Below are positions 32,021 to 33,234 of a stretch of DNA of 33,234 bases, piece after piece (the stretch's first letter is position 1; every line of letters starts with the position of its first letter). A program made the translations under genes and the position numbers. The notes beneath the pieces are model-generated. The model searched no databases, was not told where the DNA came from, and saw nothing but the letters and a program-made list of their open reading frames with translations. The stretch is from a virus: IMG/VR virus record IMGVR_UViG_3300037673_000034; one strand, written 5' to 3'.

Positions 32021-32851
32021 TTGATGAGATCAAAATTGATATTGTTGATCCTATTTTCATTAATTCTTATCGGATGCTCGAGTCAGGAAGTGCAAACTCC
32101 ACAGCAGACTCCTACTCCAACTTCAACCATTACTCCCACATCAACTCCAGTCTCAATGTCAACTTCAACACCGACTGCAGCGGCTACTCCAACACCTATA
32201 CCGTTTGAGCTTCAATACAGTGTGAAATACAAGGTCGAGGTTGTAGATGTGGTTGATGGAGACACCATAGATATTATACTGCCTGATGGATCCAAAGAGC
32301 GAGTTAGGATGCTTGGAGTTGATACTCCCGAAACAACTGCAGAGAAAAACAAACCAAATGAGTACGATGGAATAACTGACCTTGAATGTCTCGCATACTG
32401 GGGCATCCAAGCAAAAAACTTTGCAAAATCGATGCTTGAGGGAAAATACGCTTACATCGAATTTGATTCGACTGCAGGTTTCAGGGGTTACTATGGGCGA
32501 TTGCTCGCCTATGTTTACACTGAAAACGGACAGGATTTTACAGCTGAACTCATCAAACAAGGTTATGCACGAGTTTATGAGGAAGGAGAATGCCAGAAGG
32601 AATCCGAGTACTTGAGTTATCAGAACTCAGCTATGAATGGTAATTTAGGGTTATGGATCTGTAGAGTTTTGGCAACACCAACTCCTACACAAACATTACA
32701 GAACTGCGACGATGCTTATCCTACTGTATGTATTCCGCCACCACCACCAGATCTAGATTGCGGAGATATTCCTTATAGGAATTTTCAAGTTCTTCCACCA
32801 GACCCCCATAAATTTGATAGGGATAAAGATGGAATTGGTTGTGAGTCATAA
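32021..32851 (+). CDS. Lipoprotein thermonuclease (SNase-like) with Thr/Pro linker and Excalibur-like Ca-binding tail
   Basis: Lipobox LILIGC; VVDGDT, RVRMLGVDTPE, YGRLLAYV; C-terminal DLDC....DRDKDGIGCE. Confidence 0.92.
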   Translation: MMRSKLILLILFSLILIGCSSQEVQTPQQTPTPTSTITPTSTPVSMSTSTPTAAATPTPIPFELQYSVKYKVEVVDVVDGDTIDIILPDGSKERVRMLGVDTPETTAEKNKPNEYDGITDLECLAYWGIQAKNFAKSMLEGKYAYIEFDSTAGFRGYYGRLLAYVYTENGQDFTAELIKQGYARVYEEGECQKESEYLSYQNSAMNGNLGLWICRVLATPTPTQTLQNCDDAYPTVCIPPPPPDLDCGDIPYRNFQVLPPDPHKFDRDKDGIGCES

Positions 32852-32887
32852 ATATAACTTTATATAAATTTTTTAGAGTGGATAAAA

Positions 32888-33205
<318 letters not shown>

Positions 33206-33234
33206 GATGTTCGGGATGTACTGACTGTCCACAC

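Overview
The window holds one essentially complete integrated archaeal head-tail provirus with a contractile tail (myovirus-type). It spans 56..33179 and would excise as a 33,052-bp circle. It is inserted in a tRNA-Glu(CTC) gene and bounded by a perfect 72-bp direct repeat. The tRNA style, GGAGGTGA-type RBSs, TATA promoters, E/K-rich proteins and a PCNA resembling my recollection of the Archaeoglobus clamp suggest a thermophilic Archaeoglobi-like host (inference). Most genes are on the minus strand. From right to left they are: small early genes, a nuclease, PCNA and ASCH; terminase, portal, MuF, protease, capsid and neck; sheath, tube, chaperone and tape measure; baseplate and fibre. A plus-strand lysogeny block lies at the right end. 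Highlights: (1) The integrase gene is split by att; rejoining the ends gives an in-frame 385-aa protein with an N-terminal ribbon-helix-helix (RHH) domain, so integration releases a stand-alone RHH protein. (2) Twelve structural-gene promoters share a CTGAC box exactly 35-36 nt upstream of the ATG, and the same pentamer forms a phased inverted array between terL and portal. (3) There is a viral PCNA plus small proteins with C-terminal PIP-like motifs, but no recognisable polymerase, helicase or primase, and a cluster of TGTTAACA repeats. (4) Two divergent RHH paralogues flank 11-bp-phased TATTG sites. (5) A candidate MuF toxin-immunity pair, a tail-chaperone -1 frameshift and three other apparent -1 frame breaks are present. 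All family assignments come from motif recognition by eye, not from database searches.
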